From Macrostomum lignano (lineage: Eukaryota), in contig NIVC01000772.1 of assembly GCA_002269645.1 (NCBI GenBank), forward strand, positions 68,510 to 132,509: DNA of 64,000 bases, read 5' to 3'. The translations under genes and the position numbers were made by a program. Shown in pieces: positions 46,786 through 61,269 of this stretch (position 1 is the stretch's first letter; each line of letters begins with the position of its first letter). The notes below the pieces were generated by a model. That model did not search any database. It was not told where the DNA came from and saw only the letters and a list, made by a program, of their open reading frames with translations.

Positions 46786-47621
46786 AGACCTTCAAGTGTC
46801 TAGCTTACGTTAGCTTTTTTAGATTTTTTTCTAATTTAGCACAGAAAAACTTTTAACAATGTCCAACTTCCAGCTGTCAAGAGGGCTATTTCGAGTTGAC
46901 TTACTCGTAGATTTATTTATAGGGCGAGTTGTAAAATTCTGATTTTTTTGCATATCAGCTTTGCCGGCACCTTTTCAACTGTAATCGCTGAGTGACTCAA
47001 CATTCTGTCCTCTTCTGCTATTCGTTCCGCCCCAACTCTGTCAATGTAAATCTTCCCTATTGCCGGGAATTTTATCTGAAACTTTTTGTGAGCTATTTCC
47101 TGCAATCGGACGCGTTAAAAATGGCGACAGGCCCGCCAGAACCCCGCCTTGTTGGTGGGAACTCAACATATGAGTGCGGCAAATGACGGGCCTGAAGACC
47201 TGAGAGACCAGTCAGCCAATGCGAGTGCAGCTCGGCTAGGCAAAGTCTTTAAACTACAATGCGGAGAACGAGGCCGAGCTTGAGAGTGGATTAGCAACTC
47301 AGTATAGTGGATAAACACAGCCCTCCATACTATCCATAGTCTATCCCAGCAATAATTTTCCCCACGCCGAATAATAGCAGCCAACGATTTTCGAGTCCGG
47401 GGGCGCACCCATCCGGTGTGGAGGGAGTCGCGGTCTGAACTGTTGAGCAGTTTTGGCTGATTCACGAGAAAAAATTATCTATATAGAGAGCAAAAGTTGG
47501 AGTTTAAAAATTTGCTTTAACCCAGTAAGGGGTATATTGTAGGTCAATAGAACAGTAAACCTGCTCAGCCAGGAGTCTGGCTCAGTTTCTGCTTTGCTAA
47601 AGAAACCCTGAAAGACAAAGA

Positions 47622-47879
47622 ATGTCGACTGTAAACAAGAAGGCGGACAACTCCGATCCAGTCTCTGCGCCTCATCTAGGAGCTCTGGTCAAGCGCTACT
47701 CTGAGCACATTCTGGCTGCCGAGTCCGGAGCGACAGCAACATCTCGCGGGCATCGGGGCAGTCTGGACAGCAGCAGCAGCAGCAGCAGTGGCGTCACTCT
47801 TCTTGAAATGGCTAACAGAGCGGCTGCCGCAGCAGCAGCTTCGAAGCAGAAAACTCGACAGAAAGTTGAGCAGAAAACT
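47622..47879 (+). CDS. unc-13: unc-13 candidate alternative first exon A (86 aa)
   Basis: ATG 47622, GC-rich open frame, phase-0 donor ACT|gtaaga compatible with the acceptor at 57496. No homology recognised. Confidence 0.5.
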
Positions 47880-49279
47880 GTAAGAAATCTGAGCTCTGCA
47901 ACTACAGGAAAATTAGGATTGAAAAGTGCTGTTTATGCGTGCATCTGACAGGTCTGGCCCTGGATACTGGAATAACTAGATGGGCCACTCAGCACATTTG
48001 CGTGTAAGCTACTTTCAGTTCAGTAGTAAATTAAACAGAAGCATTTAAATGCATGTTTAAAGCCAAGGCTCATTTATTGGCTCTTTACCCCCAGCTTAAA
48101 CCCTCCAGCCGCGCCTTTCCACACTCCCCCGCCTCAGTTTTTATTGCCTTCTCGGAATTCCAGCCTAAAGCTGCCATGTACATTTCAGAGGACTGGCTAA
48201 TGTACATTATGGCTGAACCAATTAGCAAGTTGTTTACGCCTGCAAGCCCGGGCTTCTAAGCTTATCAAAGTCATTTCAGCCGCCTTTATTTTTATAAAAT
48301 AGCTTATGTATTCTTTTTTGCTACTGAACTGAAGGTAGAAAGCTGTTTTACTAAGCATACTGCCTGAGTTATTTTAGTATCTGTGGCTCTGACTAACGAG
48401 GACTTCTTGCAGTGGAAGTGTGTGCGGCAACTTAAAATTACTTTAAACCTACATTTCCACTTTAGTAGTCCTTGACTGACGCTTCCGAACCATTGTACCC
48501 ATTCGATAGGTAGCGTACAGATCGCCCCAGATCAGCCCAGAACCAGCCAGCATCAGATATCGCAAATGAAAGATAAAATCCCAAGAAAATTTAGCCAAAA
48601 AGCAATTACGCGATTATACGAGTATCCTGAGGGCTAGCCACGGTTGCCTCACAAGTATTACTTAGACTAGTAAAACATATAAAAGTGCTTCCATTTCCGT
48701 TGCAACTAAAAATGTCAATTACGTTATTAAAAACAACAAAAGGCCGAAGCCAGTCGCAGTCGTTGGACTCAGTCGATCAGGCAAAGAGTCGTTGCCGCCT
48801 CGCTGTTTGTAAGTTTCTTCTTCCGCTTCGCTTGCTCCAAATTTACCAAAGTCACTCAGCGACTACACACTGTACTGTATTTTTGTGCGAAAAAAAAGCA
48901 TCTGCATTTTTGTCCACCTTCTCTACTAACAGTAGAGTGAAATGCGGTCGGAAATTATTTTTGCTTTAAATTAATTTAAAGTTAATTCAGGATATGAGTA
49001 GAAGAGAAAAGTGAGTCTGTTGCCTTCACGCGGAGAATTGCCTCCCCCCTCCCCACCTAAATCATCCCACAGCTCTTACTCGCTCTCTACCCAGTGCCGT
49101 ATCTCTTCCCCTTCTCATTTCCTTCCTCTCTCTATTATGAAACCGAAATCTTTAAGCTGATAAAAAGTGCACCGCACTCCCTGGTGATTGGGGAGAATAT
49201 TTGTGAAGAACGGCTCGTCAGGGGTTGCGCTTGAATAGATATTAACCGCTGTGGTAGAGGCTGGCACAGCTGCCTACCT

Positions 49280-50105
<826 letters not shown>

Positions 50106-50559
50106 TATCTTTTTGTGAATCACTCCTATAGCCTCTGAGCCCCCACTTGTCATTGTCATCCATCAGCAGTTCAGCAGGCAGTTTTTTTCAGCAAACATTC
50201 ATTTCCCCCTCTCAACATCGTGGCCTGTCTATTGGCAGGGCGGGTTTGCTAGCTAGTTCTAACTACATGTGGTACAGAATACCTGGCATTTATTCCCCGG
50301 GATCCTGCTGAGTAGTTTTGTATCCAAATTCCTAGTCTGCCATCGCCCACTCACTCTGCCTCCCTCTCTGCTCCTCTTAGTCTCAACCCAACTCACTCAA
50401 ACGTGAAAACAGCAGCTCTGCGCTCTCCAGCTGTGAGTCGTGCAGGTCGCCCAGTCTCTGCTGACAGAATTGAATTGTTCTCAACTAAGCTTAACTGTAA
50501 TTTTGAGTGATAGCTGTTACTTTAACCTGTTTTAATCGAGGGGTAGTTTTTAAGCTTTA

Positions 50560-51495
50560 TAAGATCAGAGACCAGAGACCACAGAGAGACCAGAGAGATC
50601 AGGGATAGACCACAGAGAGACCACATAGAGAGACCGCATAGTGAGATCAAAAAGACCAGAGAGAGACCATAAAGAGAGACCACAAACAGAGATCACAGAG
50701 AGACCACATAGACCAGAGAGAGACCACAGAGACCAGAGAGACCACAGAGACCAGAGAGAGAGACCACAGAGACCAGAGAGAGAGACCACAGAGACCAGAG
50801 AGAGAGACCACAGAGACCAGAGAGAGAGACCACAGAGACCAGAGAGAGAGACCACAGAGACCAGAGAGACCAGAGAGACAGACCACAGAGACCAGAGAGA
50901 GAGACCACAGAGACCAGAGAGAGAGACCACAGAGACCAGAGAGAGAGACCACAGAGACCAGAGAGACCAGAGAGAGAGACCACAGAGACCAGAGAGAGAG
51001 ACCACAGAGACCAGAGAGAGAGACCACAGAGACCAGAGAGAGAGACCACAGAGACCAGAGAGACCAGAGAGACAGACCACAGAGACCAGAGAGAGAGACC
51101 ACAGAGACCAGAGAGAGAGACCACAGAGACCAGAGAGACCAGAGAGAGAGACCACAGAGACCAGAGAGACCAGAGAGAGAGACCACAGAGACCAGAGAGA
51201 GAGACCACAGAGACCAGAGAGAGAGACCACAGAGACCAGAGAGAGAGACCACAGAGACCAGAGAGAGAGACCACAGAGACCAGAGAGAGAGACCACAGAG
51301 ACCAGAGAGAGAGACCACAGAGACCAGAGAGAGAGACCACAGAGACCAGAGAGAGAGACCACAGAGACCAGAGAGACCAGAGAGAGAGAGAGAGAGACCA
51401 CAGAGACCAGAGAGAGAGACCACAGAGACCAGAGAGAGAGACCACAGAGACCAGAGAGAGAGAGAGACCACAGAGACCAGAGAGAGAGACCACAG

Positions 51496-51527
<32 letters not shown>

Positions 51528-51730
51528 ACACAGAGACCAGAGAGACCACAGAGACCAGAGAGACCACAGAGCTCAGAGAGACCACCGCAGAGCTTAGAGA
51601 GACCACAGAGCTTAGAGAGACCACTACAGAGCTCAGAGAGACCAGAGACGAGAGAGCTCAGAGAGACCAGAGACCGGAGACCACAGAGACCAGAGAGACC
51701 AGAGAGACCAGAGAGAACAGAGAGACCAGT
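50560..51730. repeat. GAGACCAC/AGAG compound minisatellite
   Basis: gagaccacagagaccagagagaga units. Confidence 0.93.
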
Positions 51731-52107
51731 CAGAGATGCCAGTCTCCCAGTTAATTGCAACAGAATATTCCGCCATTTGCTGACTTAATTGCTTCGTTTC
51801 CATAAAATATAATTTTCTGCTTTATTCGCCTTCCGTAGCGATTCAGAAATCCAGCTGCCTCACAGGGTCTGTCTCTCACCCTGTGGCTCCCATTTTTTGT
51901 GCAGCGGAGTAATTTGATAGCGAGGTGAGCAAACAGCCATGGAACTTTTTTATCTTTCAGCTGAAACCCCCAGCACTCCCGCGTTCTCCAGTTGCAGCTG
52001 GTGGCTTCTCTATTCGTAATCGATTAGAGCTGCACGGCTGGGCAAAACAGACTGATATGGTTGGGCTGAGGAGATACAGACTGCTGTTTGCGCTTGCCTG
52101 TACTGCT

Positions 52108-52322
<215 letters not shown>

Positions 52323-54218
52323 TTACAGCAGCCGCCAGTACCAGCCAGCAAGCATCGCAGTGCTTATCTGATTGAGTTACCGCTTCATCTCACCCAAATG
52401 CCTGCAGACTTTTCTGATCTCTCCAATGCACAGACCGCCGTTTGGGTAGCCGAGCTGAGCTGGTGGAGAGGCTGGGAGAGCTGTGAGCAGTTTGTGCTCA
52501 ATTTGCCGGGCCTGTTCCTGGCACTCATCCCTGGCCATATATTTGCGGTCGTGCCCTCCCCCTGTGTCTCTCGCCCTCTTCCTGCTTGTTCTCTTAAGGG
52601 CTTTGGGGACCCCACGCTGTTTATGAATATTAATTACCGTGGGGAGGGGGCCGCATCTCTTATAGTCTTCTATTTTTCTCGTCCATCCCCGCTCCCGTGA
52701 ATCGGGATTCACCGTACGTACTGTAATTTCCGCACATATCGGCTTTGTACTTTTTTCTCTGTTTAAAAACAAAGCAATATTTACCTGCTGGCTTGTTTTT
52801 ATTAAATGTAGCTTGTAATTAAAAATCGCGTCAATTTAAATTTCTATAGTATTACAGTACAACAGTGAGGTCCCAGCCTGCAGACCAGTTACTGTTTGGT
52901 CTGTCACTGGATTAGGGTAATAGATTAATATCCGGGAGAGCTTCCGGTCCGCGGTACTCTTATCTAGCTGGTACCTTGAGCCTGGTGAAAACTTCACCTG
53001 TAGTTTCCACTGCTTATTGCTGCGCTACCTTGACCTTATTTCTATTAAAGAATGCTGTTAGGAAAAAAATTGCCAGACTGAAAGTTGATTCTCCCCACTG
53101 GATTACCTTTGGGATTAGAGTTGCACTCTGGCTTCCCAGCTCATTGATATATTCCCCAGAGACGATGGGGCTGATAGTACAAACAGGAGGCTGTTTGCCT
53201 CATAAAAAAAAACTAAACTAGAGCGGAGGCAGACAGGGAGATGGGAAGAGCGAATGGCAAAGCAGTTGGGATCCCTTGGAGTTCTTCGATATCCTTGGGC
53301 GATTTCTGCTATTGGAGCAAAATTCTAAGAGAAATATGCAAAACAGGCGGTAGACAGACAGGCAGCTGGGACAGAGAGGGATCAGTCTAAGTGGGGAGAA
53401 AAGAGTTGGGGAATTCTGTGGCAGCAGGGGCCAAGACAGCATCAAGTTCCCGCAGTCTGCCGAATCTCGAAATTAAGATTCGAGTTGGATGTCAACGCGC
53501 GCATCTGGAGTTCGATGCCACGGGCCTACAAGACATTATTTCATGCCCGCCTGAGATGGCTGCTCAGGGGTCGGCGAGGGAGCGCAGTTTGCGCTTTGGA
53601 GAATTAGAATGAAATGAACGATGGAGAGATAGATAGAGAAGTTGAGGCTTTAAGGCCGGGTTAGGGAGGTCGGGAATTGCCCGAGAGGGAGAACTGAGAC
53701 GGTTCGGGAGGGGGTCCCCGCGCGCTCGGGGTGATTGGCTTGGGCGACACGCTGCTTTCAGAATGGGACTTTGGGATTTCGCAGGAGGGTTGGGGGCAGG
53801 CCTCCAGAGCTCCTCGCAGCCTGCACTTCTCACCGCTGGATGCAGCCACGCGATTGGGCGCCCCCGACTGTCTGTGGACTGGGCGGATTTGGCTCCAGGT
53901 CTCCTCGGTGCTCTCGCTCCCTCGGCCACCCCAAGCCTCCTGCCCTTTCTTTCTCCTCTCTCCGTCCGCAGCCTGCATTTGCTAGCAGGGGCTGCTCGTC
54001 CGCAACCCTCCGCTGTACTTAACTTTGCCCCTCCCGGGGTCTCCCGCCACGCGATGAACAACCAGAAAGAATTTTCTCTCGACACTGTCGCGAGACCCAA
54101 CTAGAGGGACAAGCGGCACAGAATATCTCGACACCAGGTCACTGGGATCGGCTGAAATGACGGCTGCGGGCAAGGCGGCGAGGCTGCCACCAGCTTGAAC
54201 TCCTCCGCTAGCAGAAGC

Positions 54219-56105
54219 ATGGGCGCAGGTGCCAGCTCGCTGTGCCCTCCGCTGCAGTCGATGTCTTCCGGCATTGTGGCGAGCGGCGTCGGCAGCTCCG
54301 GTGGCTTCTCCTTCGCTGTCAGGCCGAGGGCGAGGTCGCACGCCCGTCGCGGCAGCAGCAGCAGCGGCGGCAGTAGCGATGTCGGCAGTGTCAGCAGCGA
54401 CTGTGCAGCGCGGAGACGAGTCAACTCGACTGTCGCCCCTGCCGCGGCCCAGCAAAACTCGCCTTCGCCCGGGAAAAGCCGGCAGTCGCGAACGCAGCAA
54501 AGAACAACGGCGACTCGGCGGCCGCAGCCGCAGTCGCCGTCTCAGCAGCAGCCGCCACCGACACCTGTCGCTGAGGAGATTCGCCGGGCCAGCACAAAGT
54601 CAATCCACCTGCAGAACCATCCACTCAGCCCGCGGCCCTCCCGATCGCCGAGTCCTTGCCGCCAGCAGCCGCAGCAGCAACCCGCGCTTCCGCCGCCCAC
54701 TTTCATATTTTCCGACGAATCAGACGATCAAAATTTTAGTCAAAAACAGCAGCGACAGGAGCGGCAGAAGCAGGGGGACTCCATGCTGCCGAAGCCGTAC
54801 ACCGGTGGCAACCCATACCTCATGCGGCATAGTCGATACCTCCTCGACGAGCAGGTTCTGCAGCAGCGAACGTCACCGCGGCCGCCTCCTTCGCTGCCTT
54901 TGCCTTCGTCAGCTCAGCAGCAGCGGCAGCAGCAGCAGCAGCAGCAGTCGTTGCACTTGTCTCTACACGGCGGCCGGAGCTCGAACCCCTATATCGCTAG
55001 AGCCAATCTTCATCGCCATCTTGACGACGATGTCAGCGACTTCGATGGCGTTGATGAGGCGGCGGCGCTTGTCCAGGTGGCCTCTCCCACAAATGCAGTC
55101 TTCCGCGCTCTCCTACCTTCGCCGCCATCGCCGACCCCTCCGCCTCCGCCGGCGCCTCCTCCGTTGATCAGCGTCAGCGGGTCTCCGCCGCCACCATCGG
55201 CTTGGTCTCCAGGCCAGCGCTGTCCAAAGCACGACACCGTGTCGGGAGTCGACGATCCCACAGATCCGTTTGGTCAGTTTGCCGAGTGCACTTGTCAGCG
55301 GCCTGGCCAGGAGACTGGCGCTCAACGTAGAGAGTCGACTGACCAGACAGAAACTGTCAAGCCAAGCACCTCTCGCACTCCAGTCGGTACTCCAGTCGCA
55401 ATGTCATCCTCTCCATCGATAGCTTCGTCGGTCCGAAGCGAGCTGGCAGGGTCCGCTACAGACACAGCAGACTGGGCAGCAGAGGAGCATGGTAGCTGGG
55501 CCTCGTCTACGCCGACATATTCGGCCCATTTCAACTCCTTCGGCAACTTAGTGGAGCCCGATGACCGTCAGAAAAGTCTTGACGATGTCACTCAGCTGCC
55601 TGACTTGGACGTGGCTTCGGTGAAGTCATCGCATTCGCAGGATTGCGTCGCCTGCGAGCTGCTCGAACGATCGCCAAGCGTCGAAGTCGCGCCCCCCTCC
55701 GCTGCGACCAAGCAGCCGCGATCGAGGGAAGCGTCGATACCGACACCCGCGGCGGCGGCGGCAGCCAAGGCTACTGACACGGTTGAAGTGGATGAAGTCG
55801 ACCTTGAGAGCGGAGACTCGCCCGGGGTTTCCAACGAAGGCAGAGAGACTGCTTCAAGTCGAAAGTTTGCCCGATTTGTGCGAACTCACTTTGTTCGACT
55901 GATCTCATTCGATGCGGCAGAGGAGGAGGGAGCAGAGACTGATGCACCCGCGCCCGCCGACAAAAGCCGTCTGAGTGTGCCAAGCGTTCACGGCCACGGC
56001 CACAGTCACGATGGGAACCTTCATTTGCACCCACTCGCTGGGTCGTCGCTTAGTCAGAAGCGTCAAATTTTGCACAAAGCCGCCACTGATTCAGGGTCCA
56101 CTCAT
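54219..56105 (+). CDS. unc-13: unc-13 candidate alternative first exon B (629 aa, disordered, starts MGAGASSLC)
   Basis: First in-frame ATG at 54219 in a 1.9-kb non-repetitive open frame. Phase-0 donor CAT|gtaatt compatible with exon 57496. Position parallels the alternative N-termini of short UNC-13 isoforms. Confidence 0.65.
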
Positions 56106-56269
56106 GTAATTCACGCTGCTGGTCAATGCCTTTCTCTGTTTCTCTCTACTCTAGATGCGTGGATCATTCCGTGGCGTTGATTCTGCACATTAAGGAGTAA
56201 TCGCTCGTCCCATATTGGGTGATCTTGCTGATTTGACCTCTCGGACATAGCGCAGACGCATTATTCATA

Positions 56270-56585
56270 ACCCCAGACACGGAAGTCACAGTTACAGACA
56301 CGGAAAGCACAGTTACAGACACAGAAAGCACAGCCCCAGACACGGAATTCACAGTTACAGACACGGAAAGCACAGTTGCAGACATGGAAGTCACAGTTAC
56401 AGACACGGAAGTCAGAGCCCCAGACACGGAAGTCACAGTTGCAGACACGGAAGTCACAGTTACAGACACGGAAGTCACAGTTACAGACACGGAAGTCACA
56501 GTTGCAGACACGGAAGTCACAGTTACAGACACGGAAGTCACAGTTACAGACACGGAAGTCTCAGTTGCAGACACGGAAGTCACTG
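56270..56585. repeat. 21-bp minisatellite (gacacggaagtcacagttaca)
   Basis: About 14 copies. Confidence 0.92.
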
Positions 56586-57495
56586 TGCCCAGTACTTCTT
56601 CCCCATCAAAAAACATCCCAGTCGCATTTGATTACCGTCGGTCCGGTTTAGTCGCAGCATCGCCTTGGGCCAATTAAAATCAATGAAAAGCTTTCTTTGC
56701 CTTGCTTCAATCCTCGCCCTTGGAATTTTCGACCCTTCTACTTCTACTCAGCGGCAAAAATCGATGCATGTAAGCCAACTGACGATCTCAGGCTTGCACT
56801 TTTGCTCCCTTTAAAAGAAGCAATGCTAAAACCGTGGTGTAACAAATCTTTTTCTTAGCTTCTATCTCAGAAATATTTATGCCCGCCTCACATCGTCACG
56901 TCGTCCCATCAGATACAGAAGCCGTCACGGACAAGCCTGTGTGGAAGAATTCAAAACCCAAACCAGGCTGTTTGAGGACAAGGGCGATGGAGGGATGGAT
57001 TTGAGCGGAGGGATATTAGCATCTTAAGCAGCGCCAACCCCCCCCCCCCTCGCTTCTACCCTCGCCAAGCAGCTTCCTATCCGGCAACCCCTTGTTGCTT
57101 CTTCCACCCCGTGGGCCGGCGTTGCCCCTGAGGGATGACGGATTTTCGGGGCGCACTAATGAGGGGAAATGCTCGGAGACTGGGCTGGTGAGGACTCTGT
57201 CTCACTCACGCACACGCACATGTTAAGCCCTGTCGTCTCACAAAGCTGCACTTCTGTTAATTTCTCTTGCTTCGGGGCCTTCCTGTCGAGGCCGGACAGG
57301 TAATTCGCCCCACCCCACCTACCTGCGATGAGAAGCATTAGCTTCTCGTCCGGTTCGGTCTCAGCTTACCGGCTTCTGGGTTTTTGTTGACAGAGGAACT
57401 GCCTCTCTTTATTGTATTGGGGACTGATCTGGTGCAGCGGGGACGAAGCCTTGTAAAAAAAACCTGGAATTTTCAATTTTCAATTTTCATTTTAG

Positions 57496-57548
57496 ACTGG
57501 CTCGCTAAGCGAAGACGGAGTCGGATCGCCATCCGGGGCCAAGAAAGG
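57496..57548 (+). CDS. unc-13: unc-13 first common exon
   Basis: cattttag|ACT...GG|gtgaga, phase 0 to 2. Provides the phase change needed between exons 45849-46071 and 57651-57741. Confidence 0.75.
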
Positions 57549-57650
57549 GTGAGATCTGCTGCTGCTGTGCACCCTGCGTGAGCGCGTGAGCCTGCTCAGA
57601 TGCCATCAGAATGATTAATCAAAGCCAATAACTCCGATTGTCTCCCGCAG

Positions 57651-57741
57651 GGACAACAAGAGCAGCGCGTTCTTCGCCAGCATCGACATTATGCCCGAGA
57701 TGCGCAGCAAGCGCCGGGTGATTCCCCTAGTCAGCGATCTG
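57651..57741 (+). CDS. unc-13: unc-13 exon (IDIMPEMR...IPLVSDL)
   Basis: ctcccgcag|G...CTG|gtgagt. Matches Munc13 SIDSMPDIRKRKPIPLVSDL. Confidence 0.9.
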
Positions 57742-59341
57742 GTGAGTAGTGCGATCGCGTATTTGTCGCGTGTAAAATATTAATAACCGCGTCAGTGTAA
57801 TAAAACGCCTCGGGAGCTCAAACTGACGTGCAATAAGGATATCAGCAATCAGAGCAAGATTTCTTCATCGCCATGCCGCCTAATAAATTTTGCAACCCGT
57901 TTTCATTTGCGCGTCTCTTTCTTCGATCGTCAAAGACATTTCGGAGAGAAGGGAGCAAAAGAGAGAGAGAGAGAGAGAGGGACAGTCAGGCAGGAGTTTG
58001 TGCACCCCCTTCCCTGCGAAATCATTGCATGATGGAGCGACGTCACAGACTTCACACGCCTCTCCACGTCATTGCCATCGGAGAGTATTTGTTCAATTTA
58101 ATCCGTTAAGCCGCCGGCTTAATCCGTCTCCGCTGCCCTTCTCTCTCTCTCTCCCTCCGTCTCTCCCTAGCAGCTCGCTGCTGTTGTTTACTCGAGTTCC
58201 CACTGCACCCCCAGTCTCCCATTGCCTCTGTACTGGGCAGCTCATCAATCAGAAGCGATTTTTGTTCCCAATGTGTGTGTGTGTGCGTGCGAGAGTGTGC
58301 TAGTCCAGTCTCCCTCCCTGCCGCGGCAGGAGCCTCATCTGTTTTTTCCCCTCTTTCTGTCGTTCATGTGCAATTGCAGTGAAAATAAATGGGCCGCACC
58401 GGGGATAAAAGTTTGCATTTTTAGTGAATGTGATGAGGAAGCTTCGTCTAGCTTAGGTCTCAGTCTCCGTCTCTATCCTCTTCATTATCTGCAACTTGCT
58501 TTCCTTCAAGCTGAATGCCGCAGCGATGTTGATCTCATCGAGATCTGAGTCCATATTGCTGTTGATAAAGACACAAAAACTCACTGATTTAAAGGGAATA
58601 AGTTATGAATAGCTCATAGGTCAATAGTCTGTGAGCTTATTGGCTGTCACCATGCAGGGCGTACGACGTAGTTGAATTGCTAAGCAAAGGAGAGAATGAG
58701 CAGAATTAATGGAGAGTGTGTTACCGCCCGTTCAACACGAGTAGAAATAGATGAAGGTTGGTGTGCTTGAGTGAGAGAGAGAGAGAGAGATTGTTTATGC
58801 ACCGCATTGGAGCCTGCAGACACGAACTCTGATTTCCTATATTGGGCAATGAGAATGGCAATTGCAGAAATTCACTTTGCCAGCAGTGCAAGAGCCAACG
58901 AAGAGATGAGGGCAATGAGGAATGCGAGCAAACCTGACTACAGTATCCCAACATGAAAGTTTTCGCATGAGTGAGAATAAGGGAGTTGTAAAGAGACGAG
59001 GGAGGGGAGAATGTGTTAGGTGAACCTACTCTCTCTCTGCCCTGCACTTCATTCTTCTCCTGCTCAACCGTTTCCCGACTTCTCATAGCTGGTGCAGCCA
59101 GCATGATCTCATTCTGAGAGCTCTTGCTTGATTTCCTCAACGAGTTGTGTTTTGCCCATAAATTTGTATTTTATTTCATTGAAAAAGATAGCAACAAAAA
59201 CATGCTAAAATGCGTTATTTACTACTAAGTTGGCTGATTTGTCAACTGTCCTTCGCTTCGGAATTGGCACTACAGTTTGGCAGTTGTGTTTTTTGAATTG
59301 CAGTGAAATAATGAAACTGCGCTCTGTCCCCACTGTTTCAG

Positions 59342-59350
59342 GTCATGAAG
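59342..59350 (+). CDS. unc-13: unc-13 candidate 9-nt microexon (VMK)
   Basis: ccccactgtttcag|GTCATGAAG|gtattt, phase 0 to 0, between ...LVSDL and TMAAQK. Confidence 0.6.
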
Positions 59351-59749
59351 GTATTTGGCATCCACTTTTTAATGTCCTGATTTTTTTTATGTTGAGTTGA
59401 TCATCGCGCGCCTTGAGCAGCACCAGAATTTTCAGTTGACGCTTTTATTATTAGCACTTCTTCTGAGCCTGTCCGTTTTAATTTTCATTTATTAATTTTT
59501 TTTCTTCTTTATTTTATTATCTCATTACTAACCCACTGAATATTTATACGGTAACTCAAAGCACGAATGCGATTAATAACTATACTAATCATCTGCTAAC
59601 CGGTTAAGGTTCACCTAAAACGTACTAATACCATATTATTCAGTAATAATCCATTACTAAACATGACGCCTCAACACTAAACGATAATAACAAATTTTAG
59701 CAACAGTAAGACAACTAGCTGTTAGTAGTGTTTTAGAAAACCGGTCGAT

Positions 59750-60530
59750 TGAAGATAGAATTCACATAGAATGAGGATAGAATTCACATAGAATGAGGAT
59801 GGAATTCACATAGAATGAGGATAGAATTCACATAGAATGAGGATAGGATTCACATAGAATGGGATAGAATTCACATAGAATGAGGATGGAATTCACATAG
59901 AATGAGGATAGAATTCACATAGAATGAGGATAGGATTCACATAGAATGGGATAGAATTCACATAGAATGAGGATAGAATTCACATAGAATGAGGATAGAA
60001 TTCACATAGAATGAGGATAGAATTCACATAGAATGAGGATAGGATTCACATAGAATGAGGATAGAATTCACATAGAATGAGGACAGGAGTTCACATATAA
60101 TGAGGATAGAGTTCCCATTGAATGAGGGTAGAATTCACATAGAATGAGGATATAATTAGAGGATAGAATTCACATAAAATGAGAATATAATTCCCATAGG
60201 AGGATAAAGTTTCACTGGAATGAGGATGTAATTCACATAGAATGAGGATGGATTTCCCATAGAATTAAAGTTCCCATAGAGTTAGGATAGATCAGTTCCC
60301 ATAGAATTAAAGTTCCCATAGAGTTAGGATAGATTAGTTCCCATAGAATTAAAGTTCCCATAGAGTTAGGATAGATCAGTTCCCATAGAATTAAAGTTCC
60401 CATAGAGTTAGGATAGATCAGTTACCATAGAATTAAAGTTCCCATAGAGTTAGGATAGATCAGTTACCATAGAATTAAAGTTCCCATAGAGTTAGGATAG
60501 ATCAGTTCCCATAGAATAAGGATAGAACGC
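59750..60530. repeat. 22-bp (gatagaattcacatagaatgag) grading into 42-bp satellite
   Basis: Tandem copies with a unit switch near 60280. Confidence 0.92.
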
Positions 60531-61102
60531 CATTGGTGACCAAAAGTCACAAAAGAAATTTTTAATTTTTGGTCAGTCCACTTTAGTTTTGTTTTATTTT
60601 CACTCGCCAAATTTATTAAAACGTTGATCATATTATTTTACGAACGTATTTTTGTACTTTTTTGTGTTTGAATAGCTATCTAGCCGTGTTGGTAACAGTG
60701 GTGAATGGTTCTGTTCATACTTTTGATAAAAAATTGTGCTGTCAAGTTCGCATTAACTCAAATTTCTATCAGACTAAAAATTAAATATTTAGAATTGTAT
60801 TAATAAATATAGAAATTTCAAGAAAGCGTACATAGTGTACTTTTGCTGTTACAGGGTATTCCTTTTAATTTTATACCTACGTGCCTTATACCTGGCCAGC
60901 ACCTTCCTAAATTTCGATTGTTATTCTTAAAAAACGCAGGGCATATAGTACTAGATCATTGGTTTGCAGTTTTTTCTATACTTGGAATCGGAATATTTAT
61001 TTGGAGAAATAAAATTTGCGAATAATTGAAAAAAAAATCGAATTTTTTGTTTGAACTTTAACTAATCCGGTCGAAACCTCGTTTTACTAATCAATTCCTC
61101 AG

Positions 61103-61183
61103 ACCATGGCCGCACAGAAACGGAACCAAATGGGCGCATCGGCGGCCCTGGTTGCCAGGCAGAGTCTCAACGACGAGGAGCTG
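61103..61183 (+). CDS. unc-13: unc-13 exon preceding C1
   Basis: ttcctcag|ACC...CTG|gtgagt. TMAAQKRNQMGASAALVARQSLNDEEL. Confidence 0.9.
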
Positions 61184-61269
61184 GTGAGTTTAGGCGTAAA
61201 GTGACAATAATTACAACTTGCATTTTTGATAGCCTACTTACGAAGAGTATATGACGGGGAATCACGGAT

